Below, one piece after another: positions 22,818 to 35,375 of a stretch of 64,000 nt of DNA (within the stretch, counting starts at the first letter, position 1; the number at the start of each line of letters is the position of its first letter). A program made the position numbers and the translations under genes. The DNA comes from Marsupella aquatica (taxonomy: Eukaryota > Plantae > Marchantiophyta), in assembly GCA_973895155.1 (NCBI GenBank), contig OZ316892.1, positions 19,479,869 to 19,543,868 on the forward strand, in the 5' to 3' direction. The notes beneath the pieces were generated by a model. That model worked only from the letters and a program-made list of their open reading frames with translations. It was not told the origin of the DNA and did no database searches.

Positions 22818-25800
22818 TCACTGCTTAGGCCTGCCCTTTCTTGCAGATCCCTCTGCATCTCTGCCTCGTTTGGGACCAGTACTTGGTCCTGGATTTTCTC
22901 TGGACCTACAGGCCTTAGCCAATTCGATGTGTAATTTGGCATTGTTTTCCATTGTAGCATGGAAATCAACGTCTGTGTAATCACCTAACACCCTTGTGGA
23001 CCTGGATTCTTTGTGGAGGATTGTTCTCCATGCTATCCCCTTCTCATTGGGGTGGAAGAAAACCTGCTCCACTTGCTTTGGGAAAACGTAATCCATTTTC
23101 TTGGACACACCCAGTTCTCTATGGAAATTCACCTGCCAAAGACCAGACTTGGTATACCTCATACTGGCAGAGGATTTAGGAGTCCATGATGGATCTGCCC
23201 ATTTCCCTTTGAAAAGAATCACCTCTTTCCTCAAGCTGCCATAATTCAGTACCAAGATATCTGTCAAGGCCCCTACATACTGTACAGATTCTTCTATGGT
23301 TGCACCAGACCTGTCCACTCGCTTCTCAGTGAATGTAGAAGCCATCCCAGAATCAAAAGTGCTGAAAGCACCAGAATCACAATCACTCAAACACCCCAAG
23401 GATGGAATAGTCCTCCAATGGTGCCCATAGGCTCTACATGCCCTATACAGACGTGCCTTCAAACTAGGTGGTGTGGAGTATGCAGATAGTAATGACCGCT
23501 CAGACTCTTTCTCAAAATTATGGGTATTGACTAATGTTTGAAACCATTCCCTGAAAGGTGGCAATTCTTGGCAGTCTACGGGAAATTCCACTGGTTTTCT
23601 TCGATTGGCAGGCTTCCTCATCCACTCCTTCCGGAAATCCACTCTTCGTTTGGTAACAGTCTCATTGGTAGCATCATATATCCTGCATGGCAACAACAAC
23701 ACTGAAGACATTAGTGCACGATCCACCATGAATATACAAACACAATGGGGCAACATAATTATGATCCATATGCCTAAGGATAGGAGAGTTTCTAGGGTTT
23801 ATGTACCTGTACCATGGAGCCACTGTCTCTTCATTCTCTAATATATAATGATGCATGGCCATCATTTCAGACCAATCCAAAGTTATCGCCTTTGCAGCCC
23901 CTTCCAAAACAATGCCTGCAACGCCAGCATCCTCCTCCAACTCCCAGGTTCGTTTTCCCTCTCCCTTTGCATCAATCATGTATTCAAAAAGAAATCCCAA
24001 AGACTCATCTAATACATAGCCTTCAGCCATAGAAGCCTCTGGACGTGCCTTGTTTCGTACATAACCCTTCAATACCTTCAGGTTCCTCTCTATTGGGTAC
24101 ATCCATCTGCCTGTAACTGGGCCACACAAGTCTAATTCCTCCACTAGGTGAATCATTAAATGGGTCATGACATCAAAGAAGCTTGGTGGAAAATGGATTT
24201 CCAAAATGCAGAGAGTGAATGCAACATCCATCATCAAATTCTCATACATTGAAGGGTCCCACACCTTCGTACAGATCTGGCGATAGATATTGCTCACCCC
24301 AGCTATGGCCAAGCGAACCCCTTCATCAAGTAATCCCATTGTTGCCAGAGGGAGAATCTGTTGCATGAGTTGGTGGAAATCATGTGATTTCAACCCAGAG
24401 AGTTTCTTGGATTTTGTAACACACTTTGCCAAAGAACTTGAAAAACTAGTGGGCCCTTTCAAGGTCAATAAAACCTCCAAGAACCTTGTTCTTTCCTTCT
24501 TGCTCAGGCAATATGGGGCTGGGGGCATCAACAATTTGTCATCCTTACGCTTGGGAGCTGGATTGGGTACAAGCCATAGGTGTTGGCGCACCTGTAAGAG
24601 CTTCATGTCTTCTCTCACAGAAGGAGTGTCCTTGGTCCCAATGATAGTGTGCACAATGTTGTGTGCAAGATTCTTCTCACAGTGCATGGGATCTAGACAA
24701 TGGTTAATGAGTAGTTTCTGCAGTGGACACACAATTCAGAAATTAGGGCATTGAATACAACTTTTGGCATCACTGGGCAGTAGTTTGTGCAGTGGACACA
24801 ATTCAGAAATTAGTGCATTTAATACAACAATTACAAAATCTGGGCTACAGGAAGTATATGAAGAGAATATATTTCAAAGTCATATGAAGAGATTGCAGAA
24901 ATTCATTGTAGTAGTATGGAGTCTTACATTCCAATAGGGCAACTTGTACAGACCAGTAGCCCTCTTCACTCCATGCACCTTTATGGGGCATTTCTCATCC
25001 TCAACCTTGGTTCCTCCCTTCTTCAAATATTCTGTTGTCTCGTCTCCCCACTTCTTTCTATCAGAGCTTGTCATTCTACACGGTGCAGGTCGACTCTCAA
25101 TTGCACCATCAAAGTATTGTGCACTATCTGGTCTACGAAAAAGATGCCTTGCTGCTAACCATCGACGGTGGCCACTGTACTCTAATTTCTGCAAGTGCTT
25201 AGAACCACGTGCCACACATTCTGGCCCACAGATGACACATCCTTTGTATCCAGAGTGTTGTTGTCCAGATATTAAACCATATGCAGGGTAATCATTGATT
25301 GTCCACAATAGCACAGCCCTAAGGTTGAAGTGTTGAGACAATCCTGGGCGTGGCAATTTGTCAAAGCAGGGCACTCCTTTCTTCCACAACAGCTCCAACT
25401 CCTCATAGAATGGGCCCAATATTATGTCTAGTTGTTCCTCTGTTACTGAATCAGGTCCTGGAATCAACATAGCTAGCATGACAAAGAACTTCTTGGTGGT
25501 AAGCCAAGGAGGTAAATTGTAATTCAACAACAGTATTGGCCAGGTAGACCAAGCTGTGGAATTATTCCCAAAGGGATTCACCCCATCAAGTGCCAACCCA
25601 AATCGCACATTCCTTGGTTCAGCTGCAAATTCCCGATCAATATTTGTATCCACATGCTTCCAAGCCTTTGAATCTGCTGCGTGCCAAACCATGTTGTCTG
25701 TGCTTCTATTCTCATGATGCCAAGTCATGAGTTTAGATGTACCAGCAGTGGCATACAATCTCTTCAACCTGGGAATTATAGGGAAATACCACACTACCTT

Positions 25801-26787
25801 CCTTGCCTGTAATGAATTCCCCACTCTCTTCATCTTGGGCTGCTGACACACTGAACAGTTTTCTAACTTGGCATTCTCACCCCTAAAGAGCATACAACCT
25901 TTCTCACAGACAGGGATTCTCTCATAATCCAAGCCAAGCTTTCTCAATAGCTGCTTTGCAGCATATAAGTTCTTGGGCAGATTATGCTCTGTAGGCATAC
26001 CATGCTCCCCCATCAAAGACAACAATGCATTCACTCCTTTGTTTGAGAATCCATGGCCATGACAGATGTTCAGCAGAAGCAACATGAATGACACAACATC
26101 TATTTTGCTGCCTGGGAACAAAGGTTGCATTGCTGCATCTAAAGATAACTGTGCAGGATCAGTCTCCACAGGAGTTTTGGAGGTTTCAAGGGGGTTTACA
26201 GGATGGGCACCTCCTTCACTCTCATCATCCCCAAGTACAAAATCCAAGTCAAAACGGTCCTGATCATCTAGCTCATGCTCAGGGGATTCTTCACTGGTTC
26301 TCAGCAACGTTTCTTCCAGTAGAGCCCTGATATGTTCTTCGACATCTATAGTTCGATGTTCTTGAACATCCACAGTTGGATACTCTGGAACATCTACAAA
26401 TAAATGTTCTTCAACATCTACAGTTGGCTGTTGTGCACAGGTTGCCTGCTGAAGGTTTGCTACCCTCAATGCCTCAGGGCCATGTTGTGACATGTAGTCA
26501 GCACCCCACTCTTCATCAGAAGAGTCCTGTCCCTCTCCCACCCACACTCGACATGCAGGGTACCGACCATGTTTAATAAGGTGCAGTCTAGCAGTATTCC
26601 GATTAGTCCTATAATTCCCTTTGCAGTTCACACAAGGGCAGTACATCTTATGGTCCCCACTCTTGTGGCAGGCCTTCTGTTCTCAAACCCACAAAGCATC
26701 ATCACGATGTTGTACTCTAGCTGGATGGAAGAGCAGCAACTTTGGAGTTCTACCCACACCTAACGTATTCTGTGGCAATTGTGCCAT
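22818..26787 (-). CDS. TnpD-like CACTA transposase, 3 exons (24928-26787, 23807-24717, 22818-23682), with in-frame TGA at codon 35
   Basis: Motifs YCPCVNC, RNVRFGLALDGVNPF...STWP...NYNLPPW, LRAVLLWTINDYPAYG, LDPMHCEKN, GLKSHDFH, FPPSFFDVMTHLMIHL...GPV..RWMYPIER, NKARPEASMAEGY, YVFPKQVEQVFF. GT-AG joins keep the frame (3636 nt). Stop at 26683-26685; next in-frame ATG is 26646. Confidence 0.93.
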
Positions 26788-27383
26788 GCTAGCTTGATTG
26801 AAATTGTATTCAAACTATGATTTTCAAACTGAATCAGAGTGACATGCATACAAAATTGGGCCTACCGTCACAGTTGTACAACCGATGCCAACCACAGTCC
26901 AATTGCTCAAACCCACAGAGCCCAGTTTCTCAAATCCACTGTAGTAGGGCACCTTCTCCTTGCATACAAATAGAGCATCACATACAGTGTCATCAGAATG
27001 ATACTATGAACGTAAATCTCTGTGCCTTCATCATTTCCAGTATTTGTTTGCCTATTAGGAATGTGAGCAGACAGGTCTGGAATAAGTAACGTTTGTGACA
27101 CCAATGACAAATTTACAAGTGAAGTTTAGACATCAATATGGAGGAAAGTCACACTCAAAGTACATGCTTGAAAATCAGAATCCTACCCTGGAAAAGATAA
27201 TAAAGTTGATTTCTCAAAATTAATTGCCTCAATCCGCAATGCACTGTCGTAGAGTGTGTATACATGAGGAGTTCATCAAACTGCATATAAATAGTCCACA
27301 TGTTTTAGCACTCTGAAAATTGTTTAAGTCCACGTGAAACCATCAAAAAGCTCTACTCAAGTTTGTGTTCGATCCAGCCTCAA

Positions 27384-28043
27384 TCAAATCCAAGATATGT
27401 GGCTCCTAGCAGGAGTGCCTAGTGTAGGGTCAATGTCATGGTCAGGACAGTAAAACATCCCCTTCTTGGGCTGCCCATGCGCTGAGTGATCCCAAATTGT
27501 TCGATCATGGGCAAATCCCCTCTGCTGGATAAACAGCAGGCAGTCTTTGTGCCATGCCTTAGGACACCTCATGCACTGAACCAAAAAGCCATTAGCCCCA
27601 TCATTGGGCCCCTGTCCACAAGTAAGACAAATATGGAGTCCACATGATGCTGTGCCAGGAACCAAACACTGCCAACAGTAAAACCGGGCACAGAGAGAGT
27701 CTGGACATTTTCTTACCTCTTCACCAATTTTTCCAGACACATGGCACTTAAAGCAAGAATGTTCCTCATTCTTGCAATCAACACAAAGCCATTCTCCAAC
27801 ATGGCCATCAGCGAGGGATATAGTTGGGCATAGCCATTGCTGACCCAAAGGACAGGAAACATTCTTATGGAAATGTCGGTGGCAAGGCCCATCACAAACA
27901 ATGAGATCCCCTCCCTCATCACAAATCGCACATACATGTGGACTATTCTGGTTAATCTCAATGTCTGAATATAAGGACAATTGAGGTGCTTGAGAGGATT
28001 CACCTCTGCAACGATTCATGGCCTTCTGCTTATTGCGAGCCAT
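27384..28043 (-). CDS. Transposon-borne EDM2-like triple PHD-finger protein (219 aa)
   Basis: VCAICDEGGDLIVCDGPCHRHFH...WLCVDCKNEEHSCFKC...C....CARFY...CGLHICLTC...CMRCPKAWHKDCL...RTIWD...FYCPDHDIDPTLGTPARSHI matches the order and spacing of the EDM2 PHD region as recalled, including its C-terminal YC..H.ID..L.TP.R.H motif. Uninterrupted ORF, with a splice acceptor (GTGCAG) a few nt upstream of the ATG. Confidence 0.85.
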   Translation of the reverse strand: MARNKQKAMNRCRGESSQAPQLSLYSDIEINQNSPHVCAICDEGGDLIVCDGPCHRHFHKNVSCPLGQQWLCPTISLADGHVGEWLCVDCKNEEHSCFKCHVSGKIGEEVRKCPDSLCARFYCWQCLVPGTASCGLHICLTCGQGPNDGANGFLVQCMRCPKAWHKDCLLFIQQRGFAHDRTIWDHSAHGQPKKGMFYCPDHDIDPTLGTPARSHISWI

Positions 28044-30329
28044 GGTCCTGCACACTCAGACCCTACATCAGATTGTGAAACAAGAAGGAATAACAGGGTG
28101 CAGTATGACACAAAAGAATGAGGGTGCAGCATAAAATATGACATGTAACCACAAGGGTGCAACATAAACCAATGTTTTATAGATGGCAAAGCATTTAGGA
28201 CTGAGCAACGCAAATAACCTTGGCCTAGATGATTGGAAGCAATCACAAATATTGCAACCTGTATGCCTTTGCTTGCTGTACAGCAGTGCTCACTCACCCT
28301 GCCTTTTTAAAATCTGTAAGGGCAACACAGAACAAATAGCAATTGAGTTTCAGCAAAGCATTCATTTGGCTCTCAAGTTTTAAAATGGACAGAGCAAACA
28401 CAACAATGTGCACAACAAAGCACAGAGAGCAACAAAACTCAAGCAAACTGGGACTCAGGCAAGAGATACGAATTTTAGCAGCGAAATCAAATCAAGATTC
28501 GGACCTGTGAGTTCAACATGCAGTGCTCACTCACCCTGCCCTTTTTTAAATCTGTAAAAATCAAGTTTTATTGTGTGCCTTCTACATCTTAAGCTGCTGC
28601 ACACATCTGTTACAGAACCATAAGTTGCTTTACTCTCAACAAGCTGCTGGTCCACCCACTTTTTCAAAAGCTGCACCGTACTCTATCTTCGTGCACAAAT
28701 GACTATACCGGGCTGCTGTCAGAGACCCTTACGAAGAATTTAAAATTGACCAAGCTGATTTTAGTTTAGTTTCGTCCAGTTTGCAGACCAAAGGAAATCA
28801 TGTGGCTGTATTCATGGAGTTGTATTCATTGCTGTGTATGGATGTTGTGTGAACATCAGACAGTTAGCTGTAAATTACCATAGTTGAAGAGCAAGGCTTG
28901 TACAAAAGCCACTAAGGATTTCTCTGAGGTGGCACAGCAGTTGGCAAACCACACACGAAACTCTGAAACTTTTTGGCGACAAAATTCTACAGAGTCGCTG
29001 CTGGAATCAAGTGAGGATTCACCATACATGCCTGCACTTCTCTTCAGTAAAAAAAAGAGAAAAGAAAAGGGCTATGATACAGAGGGATGTCAAAAGAAGA
29101 GTAAGGAAACCAATTCATTGAGGAACATAGACAGACTAAGGAAAACATCATACAATGGAAAACTAAGGACTACATTGTAATAATAAGAGATCAAGCTCAC
29201 CTTGCACCACAAAGATTGTCAGACGACAACAAGACAACAAACTGAACTGAACATAGCAGACAAATCCAACAAGTAGCAATCAGAAATCAACAGCAGACAG
29301 ACAAAGGACAACTTGGTCAGAACTCGGGCACTTGATTCAGTTGTGGTAAATAGCCGTTCAGGTTCTGGACAAGCAAGAGCAATATGTGAGCAAACTCCAG
29401 AAAAATCATCTCTTGAGATTGAGGAGAAAGGCATTTCCCAGCCAGCTTACTTATGTCTTGAAAAATGTATCGGACATCGTGGACGCTGGGCCTCAGCTGC
29501 TGGCCGCAAGGGAAGATTTTGCCAAAACAAACAATAAAGCTCGAAGATAGTTAAATTTCTTAGGTCTTTCTAAATGGGGACTGAATTAGCAATTAGAACC
29601 AGTAAACCCTGATCTTGGGCAGGCAGAGAGAGAAGAGTCCGCGCCTAATACTTATGTCTACCCGAATTTTACTGGGACATATGAGCATTGGGATGCCATT
29701 GCAAAGCAGAATTTTGTAGCAGTGGAAGGAATCAACATAGATAGCAGTGGAAGGTCGCAGTGGAGCTAGCATGGTACAGGGAAGGAAATGCAGACATTGT
29801 GCGAGAAAGTGCAATGGCTAGTTCTATGGGATTTCCTTCTCCAATCCATGACAGTGCCGACGACACGCACAACTGCTACAATCAGTGCGCGTCCAGGATG
29901 CTCCATCGCATCACGTCAGGGAACTCAACATTCTAGACATTCGAAAACTGCATTCACATTTCTCTGCAAAGGGAACTCAACATTGTAGACATTCAAAAAC
30001 TGGTGCAAAACTCAGGCACTTAGAGAGAGAGGGACAGAGAGAGAGCGAGAAAGAGAGAGCAAATAGTCTCTTAGCAATCGGAGCTTCTCTGTCATTGCCA
30101 TAAGCATACTAGCAGACACTAAGCAACAGAACAAGAAGGCAACATTGGATTCATGGACTGACAGCACATTGGTAGCACATTGGCAAAAGCAAAGCAAAAA
30201 TGCAGAATGAACAAATGGCCAGAAGGGGAAGAAGCGCAAAATTGCACAACTGACCTTCTCGCACCTCAGCCCAAACTCGCTCCCACAGATATAAGTTCTC
30301 GCAGCTCCTTGATGGAACCTCCTGTAGGT

Positions 30330-30601
30330 TCTCGCCGATTGCAACTCCTCACCCACAGCTTCTTGCCGATTGTAGCTTGCTGCTGATTGCAACTCGTCGC
30401 TGATTTGCAGCTCGTCCTCCGCTCCTCACCCGCAGCTTATCGCCGATTGTAGGTCGTCCTCCACTCCTCGCCCGCAGCTTATCGCCGATTGTAGGTCGTC
30501 CTCCGCTCCTCACCCGCAGCTTATCGCCGATTGCAGCTCATCCTCCGCTCCTCACCCGCAGCTTATCGCCGATTGCAGCTCATCCTCCGCTCCTCACCCG
30601 C
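30330..30601. repeat. GC/CpG-rich 42-bp tandem repeat (~5 good units plus degenerate ones) inside the CACTA
   Basis: Unit TCCTCCGCTCCTCACCCGCAGCTTATCGCCGATTG(T/C)AG(G/C)TC(G/A); CGCCGATT recurs at 30441, 30483, 30525, 30567. Confidence 0.95.
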
Positions 30602-31171
30602 AACAATGACAAATGTAAAGAAGCTATTGCCTTGACCCTGCAATCGGGCACTCCAAAGCCCGAATGTCCTCCAAAGCGCAGGGTCCTCCAAAGAAGCTCC
30701 CAAGTCCTACCGAGGTGCTCCGCCGACCGCGCGCAACAAGCTCAAAAACAATTGTAGCCTGAATGGCTTCGGGTCGGAGCTCCTCCTCTAAACCTTGCAA
30801 ATGGTCACTAAAACAATGCCACGTCCAACGCTTCACTCAAAAAATGCCTCACCCAATGCTTGCCCGAACAATGCCTCGCCCAACGCTTCGAAGGGTGTCG
30901 AAGCTTGGTGGAATGGAGCACAACGCTGCGCAACCCTAAGCCCTTGCAATGTGCACACAAAGGCATGCCAAGAAATGAGCACATCGAGCGTTGCCCTCTT
31001 GATGTTTTTTCAGGAAAAAGGGCTCCTGTTGGTACGCAAGAACACTTAGCGGGAAAAACCTAATGCTGGACCCCAAAACCCCGTAAAGGTAAGGTATTCT
31101 GTTGGATGGGGATGGTGGATATTGTGGGTCATTAATTAGGGTTATATTCTGACAATATCTCTCACATGTCT

Positions 31172-31357
31172 GGACCCCCCATAAGGCCCTAGGGAAGTTG
31201 AGACTAGGTTAATAACAATGTAAACCCCCCCCCCATAAGGCCCTAGGGAAATACCGACTATAGAGGTTAATAACAAGGTCCGGACGCCCCCATAAGGCCC
31301 TAAGTAGGGAAGGCAAGGTTAATAACTCATAATGTCACGACCCCCCCCATAAGGTCA
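31172..31357. repeat. Four degenerate ~55-60-bp repeats with C-runs
   Basis: C(n)ATAAGGCCCTAGGGAA...GGTTAATAAC repeated. Confidence 0.8.
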
Positions 31358-32269
31358 TGGCTGTTTGTGTAGGTGCCAACAAGAATGTTAAGGACCAATG
31401 TTATATATAAAAAATGATGCTAGCGATATAAAAGGTCCGATATATGCCCGCGATATAAACCCATAACCCGCATGCATGAACACCATTTTGGACTACCTTA
31501 TTGTCTCACCATATGATAGTGATACTCATCCAAATATTAGCATTTAATAGCTCTCCACTCCTGACTCAATTGAGAGAAACCCTCATTCATGACTCAAGCA
31601 CAATTATAGGGTCCCTTACATGCTACATGACCACTACATATGAGGCTATGTTGTGTAAGAGTTTTTGAGAGCATTACACCAAAGCATTAATAAGTGAGCC
31701 TTCCCATGACTATATGACCTCCAATATGCCAACATTAATGGCTTCCAATATGACAGCGTGAGTGACCCCACGTTTAGTCCTCAGATTGAAGCACCATTTA
31801 ATTCACAAATGACCCAATGAACTCCCTTGTACCTCCAAAGAGAACCCCCCAATAGCCTTTGTAAAGACCACATTTCCATTTGGTACTTCTGACCTCTAGT
31901 ATGACAACCAAGATTACCCTAATTTGAGGTGTTTCCATTAATGACACACCATGAGGGACCTCTCTAATGACCACATATGCAGTCAATTGCTCCAAATGAC
32001 CTCTAACTAACTACCAAAATGACCCTTATTGTAGTCATTGACATTAATGACACACATTATGTGAAAATGACCCAATGAAGAGTATACTACCTCTCGGAGT
32101 GCCCCTTTACAATTCCTTTGGAATTTAATAGAATATATCCAAAATCCAAATATCGGCACAAACATGACATAGTTATATAGAAGGACATAGTCTTCCACTA
32201 GTATTGCACTATATACCTCTTGGAGAGACAAAAACAATTTTTGTATGCATGCCTTAGGATGGTATGCAT

Positions 32270-34790
32270 GCATGGTGACACTTTTGGCAAATCACTCCAA
32301 AGTTGTATGACTTGGGAGTGATTTCCCCAAGGTTGCATCATCCCTTAAGTAATTGCAAAAACATGGCTCCAAAGTGCTCATGGTGCAACTAGTGGTTGGA
32401 GAATAGTACGGTGGGTATAGTACCCCGCACCTTGTGGAGAGGTTGCCACCTTCATGTAGAGCCCCATGGCACACTAGGGCCACCTTAAGCTCCTAGACCT
32501 AAAAGGGTCATTTCTGATGGTACGTAATGACACCATGAGGGACCTCTATAATGACCCCATATGGAGTCATTTGGCACAAATGACTTCCAAAAGGACTGCC
32601 AAAATGACCCTTACTGCAGTCTTTGGCATTAATGACACACTATTCCTCCAAAATGACCCAATGAAGATTACAACACCTACTCACAATGCCCCGACACTAT
32701 TCATATGCAAAATGGAGTATTCCCCATCCAAACACCGGCACAAACATGACACAATTACATCACAAGATGACAACCTTCCATTGGTGTTGCGCTACTTCTT
32801 GGAGAGACAAAAAATGGCTCCATTTGCGCTTGGATACGGTGGTATGCATCCATGGTGACACTTTTGGCAAATCACTCCAAAGTTGTATGACTTGGGAGTG
32901 ATTTCCCCAAGGTGCATCATGCCTTAAGTAAATGCAAAAACATGTGTCCAAAGTGTTCATGGCACAACTAGTGGTTGGACGATGATGAGTATAGTGTCCC
33001 GCACCTAGTGGAGGGGGTTCTCACCTCTATGTGGGGCCCCATGGCACTCTAGGGCCCACCTCCAGCCCCTAGCCCCAAACTGGTCATTTGTGCTTCTGCT
33101 TAATGATTGCACAAGGGACCCCTCAAATGACCACAAATCCAGTCATTAGACTGATATGACTTTCCATATGACAGTTTTAATGACCCTACTTTTAGTCATT
33201 GATATTTATGACGGGCCATTGCTCACATATGACCCAATAAAGGCCCTAGTACCTCCAACTAAAGCCAGTTTTAGATTCCTTGCAAGATTGGAATATTCCT
33301 CTTCCCTATAGCCGCACCCACACCATACTGAGAAGCACGACTCCCCTGCCCATTCCATTGGTGCAGCACCACCTCTTGGAGAACCCAAAAACAACTTTTA
33401 TTTGCCTTTGTATGTGATGGTGTGCATGCATGGCAACACTTTTGGCAAATCACTCCAAAGTCGTACGACTTGGGAGTGATTTCCCCAAAGGTGCATCGTG
33501 CCTTAAGGAAACCCAAAAACATGTGTCCAAAGTGTTTATGTCGCAACTAGTGGTTGGACAATGATGAGTATAGTGTCCCGCACGCAGTGGAGGGGTTCTC
33601 ACCTCTATGTGGGGCCACATGGCACTCTAGGGCCCACCTCCAGCCCCTAGCCCCAAACTGGTCATTTGTGCTTTTCCTTAATGACTGCATAAGGGACCCC
33701 TCAAATGACCACAAATCCAGTCATTAGACTGATATGACTTTCCATATGACAGTTTTAATGACCCTGCTTTTAGTCATTGATATTTATGACGGGCCATTGC
33801 TCACATATGACCCAATAAAGGCCCTAGTACCTCCAACTAAAGCCAGTTTTAGATTCCTTGCAAGATTGGAATATTCCTCTTCCCTATAGCCGCACCCACA
33901 CCATACTGAGAAGCACGACTCCCCTGCCCATTCCATTGGTGCAGCACCACCTCTTGGAGAACCCAAAAACAACTTTTATTTGCCTTTGTATGTGATGGTG
34001 TGCATGCATGGCAACACTTTTGGCAAATCACTCCAAAGTCGTACGACTTGGGAGTGATTTCCCCAAAGGTGCATCGTGCCTTAAGGAAACCCAAAAACAT
34101 GTGTCCAAAGTGTTTATGTCGCAACTAGTGGTTGGACAATGATGAGTATAGTGTCCCGCACGCAGTGGAGGGGTTCTCACCTCTATGTGGGGCCCATGGC
34201 ACTCTAGGGCCCACCTCAAGCCCCTAGCCCCAAAATGGTCATTTGTGCTTTTCCTTAATGACTACATAAGGGACCCCTCAAATGACCACAAATCCAGTCA
34301 TTAGACTGATATGACTCTCCCTATGACAATTTTAATGACCCAACTTTTAGTCATTGGCATTTATGACGGGCCATTGCTCACATATGACCCAATAAAGGCC
34401 CTAGTACCTCCAAAGAGAGCCAGCTTTAGATTCCTTGCAAGGTTGGAATATTCCTCTTCCCTAAATCTGCACCCACACCATACCCTAAAAGCATGACTCC
34501 CCTGCCCATTCCATTGGGGCAGCACTACCTCTTGGAGAACCAAAAAACAACTTTTATTTGCCTTTGGATGTGATTGTATGCATGCATTTATTTGCAAATT
34601 AAAATATTCCCCGTCTAAACACCGGCACAAACATGACACAATTACAACAAAGCATGACAACCTTCCATTGGTATTGCCCTACTTCTTGGAGAGACAAAAA
34701 GGTTTCATTTGCCCCATGGATACGATAGTATGCGCGCATCTATATATGATGACACTTCTGGAAAATCACTCCAAAGGTGTATGACTCTAC
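32270..34790. repeat. ~578-bp tandem array inside the CACTA (4+ units, degenerate extension to ~31700)
   Basis: AAATCACTCCAAAG at 32289, 32869, 33447, 34025 and ~34763; identical spurious ORFs at 33206/33784 and 33271/33849. Confidence 0.95.
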
Positions 34791-34864
34791 AATTATGATA
34801 GGTGTCTGGAATGACTATTGAGTATTTTAATCTTCATATCTCTTGGGTTCTTTAATGACTCTAT

Positions 34865-35375
34865 AAGTAGTCATTTATGTAATAAGTCCATAATGACTGT
34901 ATGTTATTGTAAACATTGATATATGCTGATTTTTAGATTAACCCTATATTTAGTCATTTATGCAACAAGTCCATAAGGACAGTATGTTGTTGAAAACACC
35001 GATATATCCTAATTTCAAGATTGACTGTGGAGTTAGTCATTTATGAGAGAAGTCCATAATGACGGTATGTTCTTGTAAACACTGATATGTCCTAATTTCA
35101 AGATTGACCCTAGAGTTAGTCATTTATGGCAGAAGTCCATAATGACAATATGTTGTTGTAAACACTGATATATTCTCATTTTCAGATTGACCCTAAATTT
35201 TGTCATTTATGAGAGAAGTCCATAATGACGGTATGTTCTTGTAAACACTAATATGTCCTAATTTCAAGATTGACCCTAGAGTTAGTCATTTATGGCATAA
35301 GTCCATAATGACAATATGTTGTTGTAAACACTGATATATTCTCATTTTCAGATTGACCCTAAATTTTGTCATTTA
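34865..35375. repeat. 83-bp subterminal tandem repeat x6, with alternating variants (166-bp higher-order unit)
   Basis: AGTCCATAA at 34885, 34968, 35051, 35134, 35217, 35300; units 3/5 and 4/6 are near-identical. Confidence 0.93.

Noticed and set aside
33206-34660. Repeated short ORFs (MFLGSPRGG..., MRHKHFGH...)
   Set aside because: By-products of the 578-bp tandem array, with no recognisable domain.
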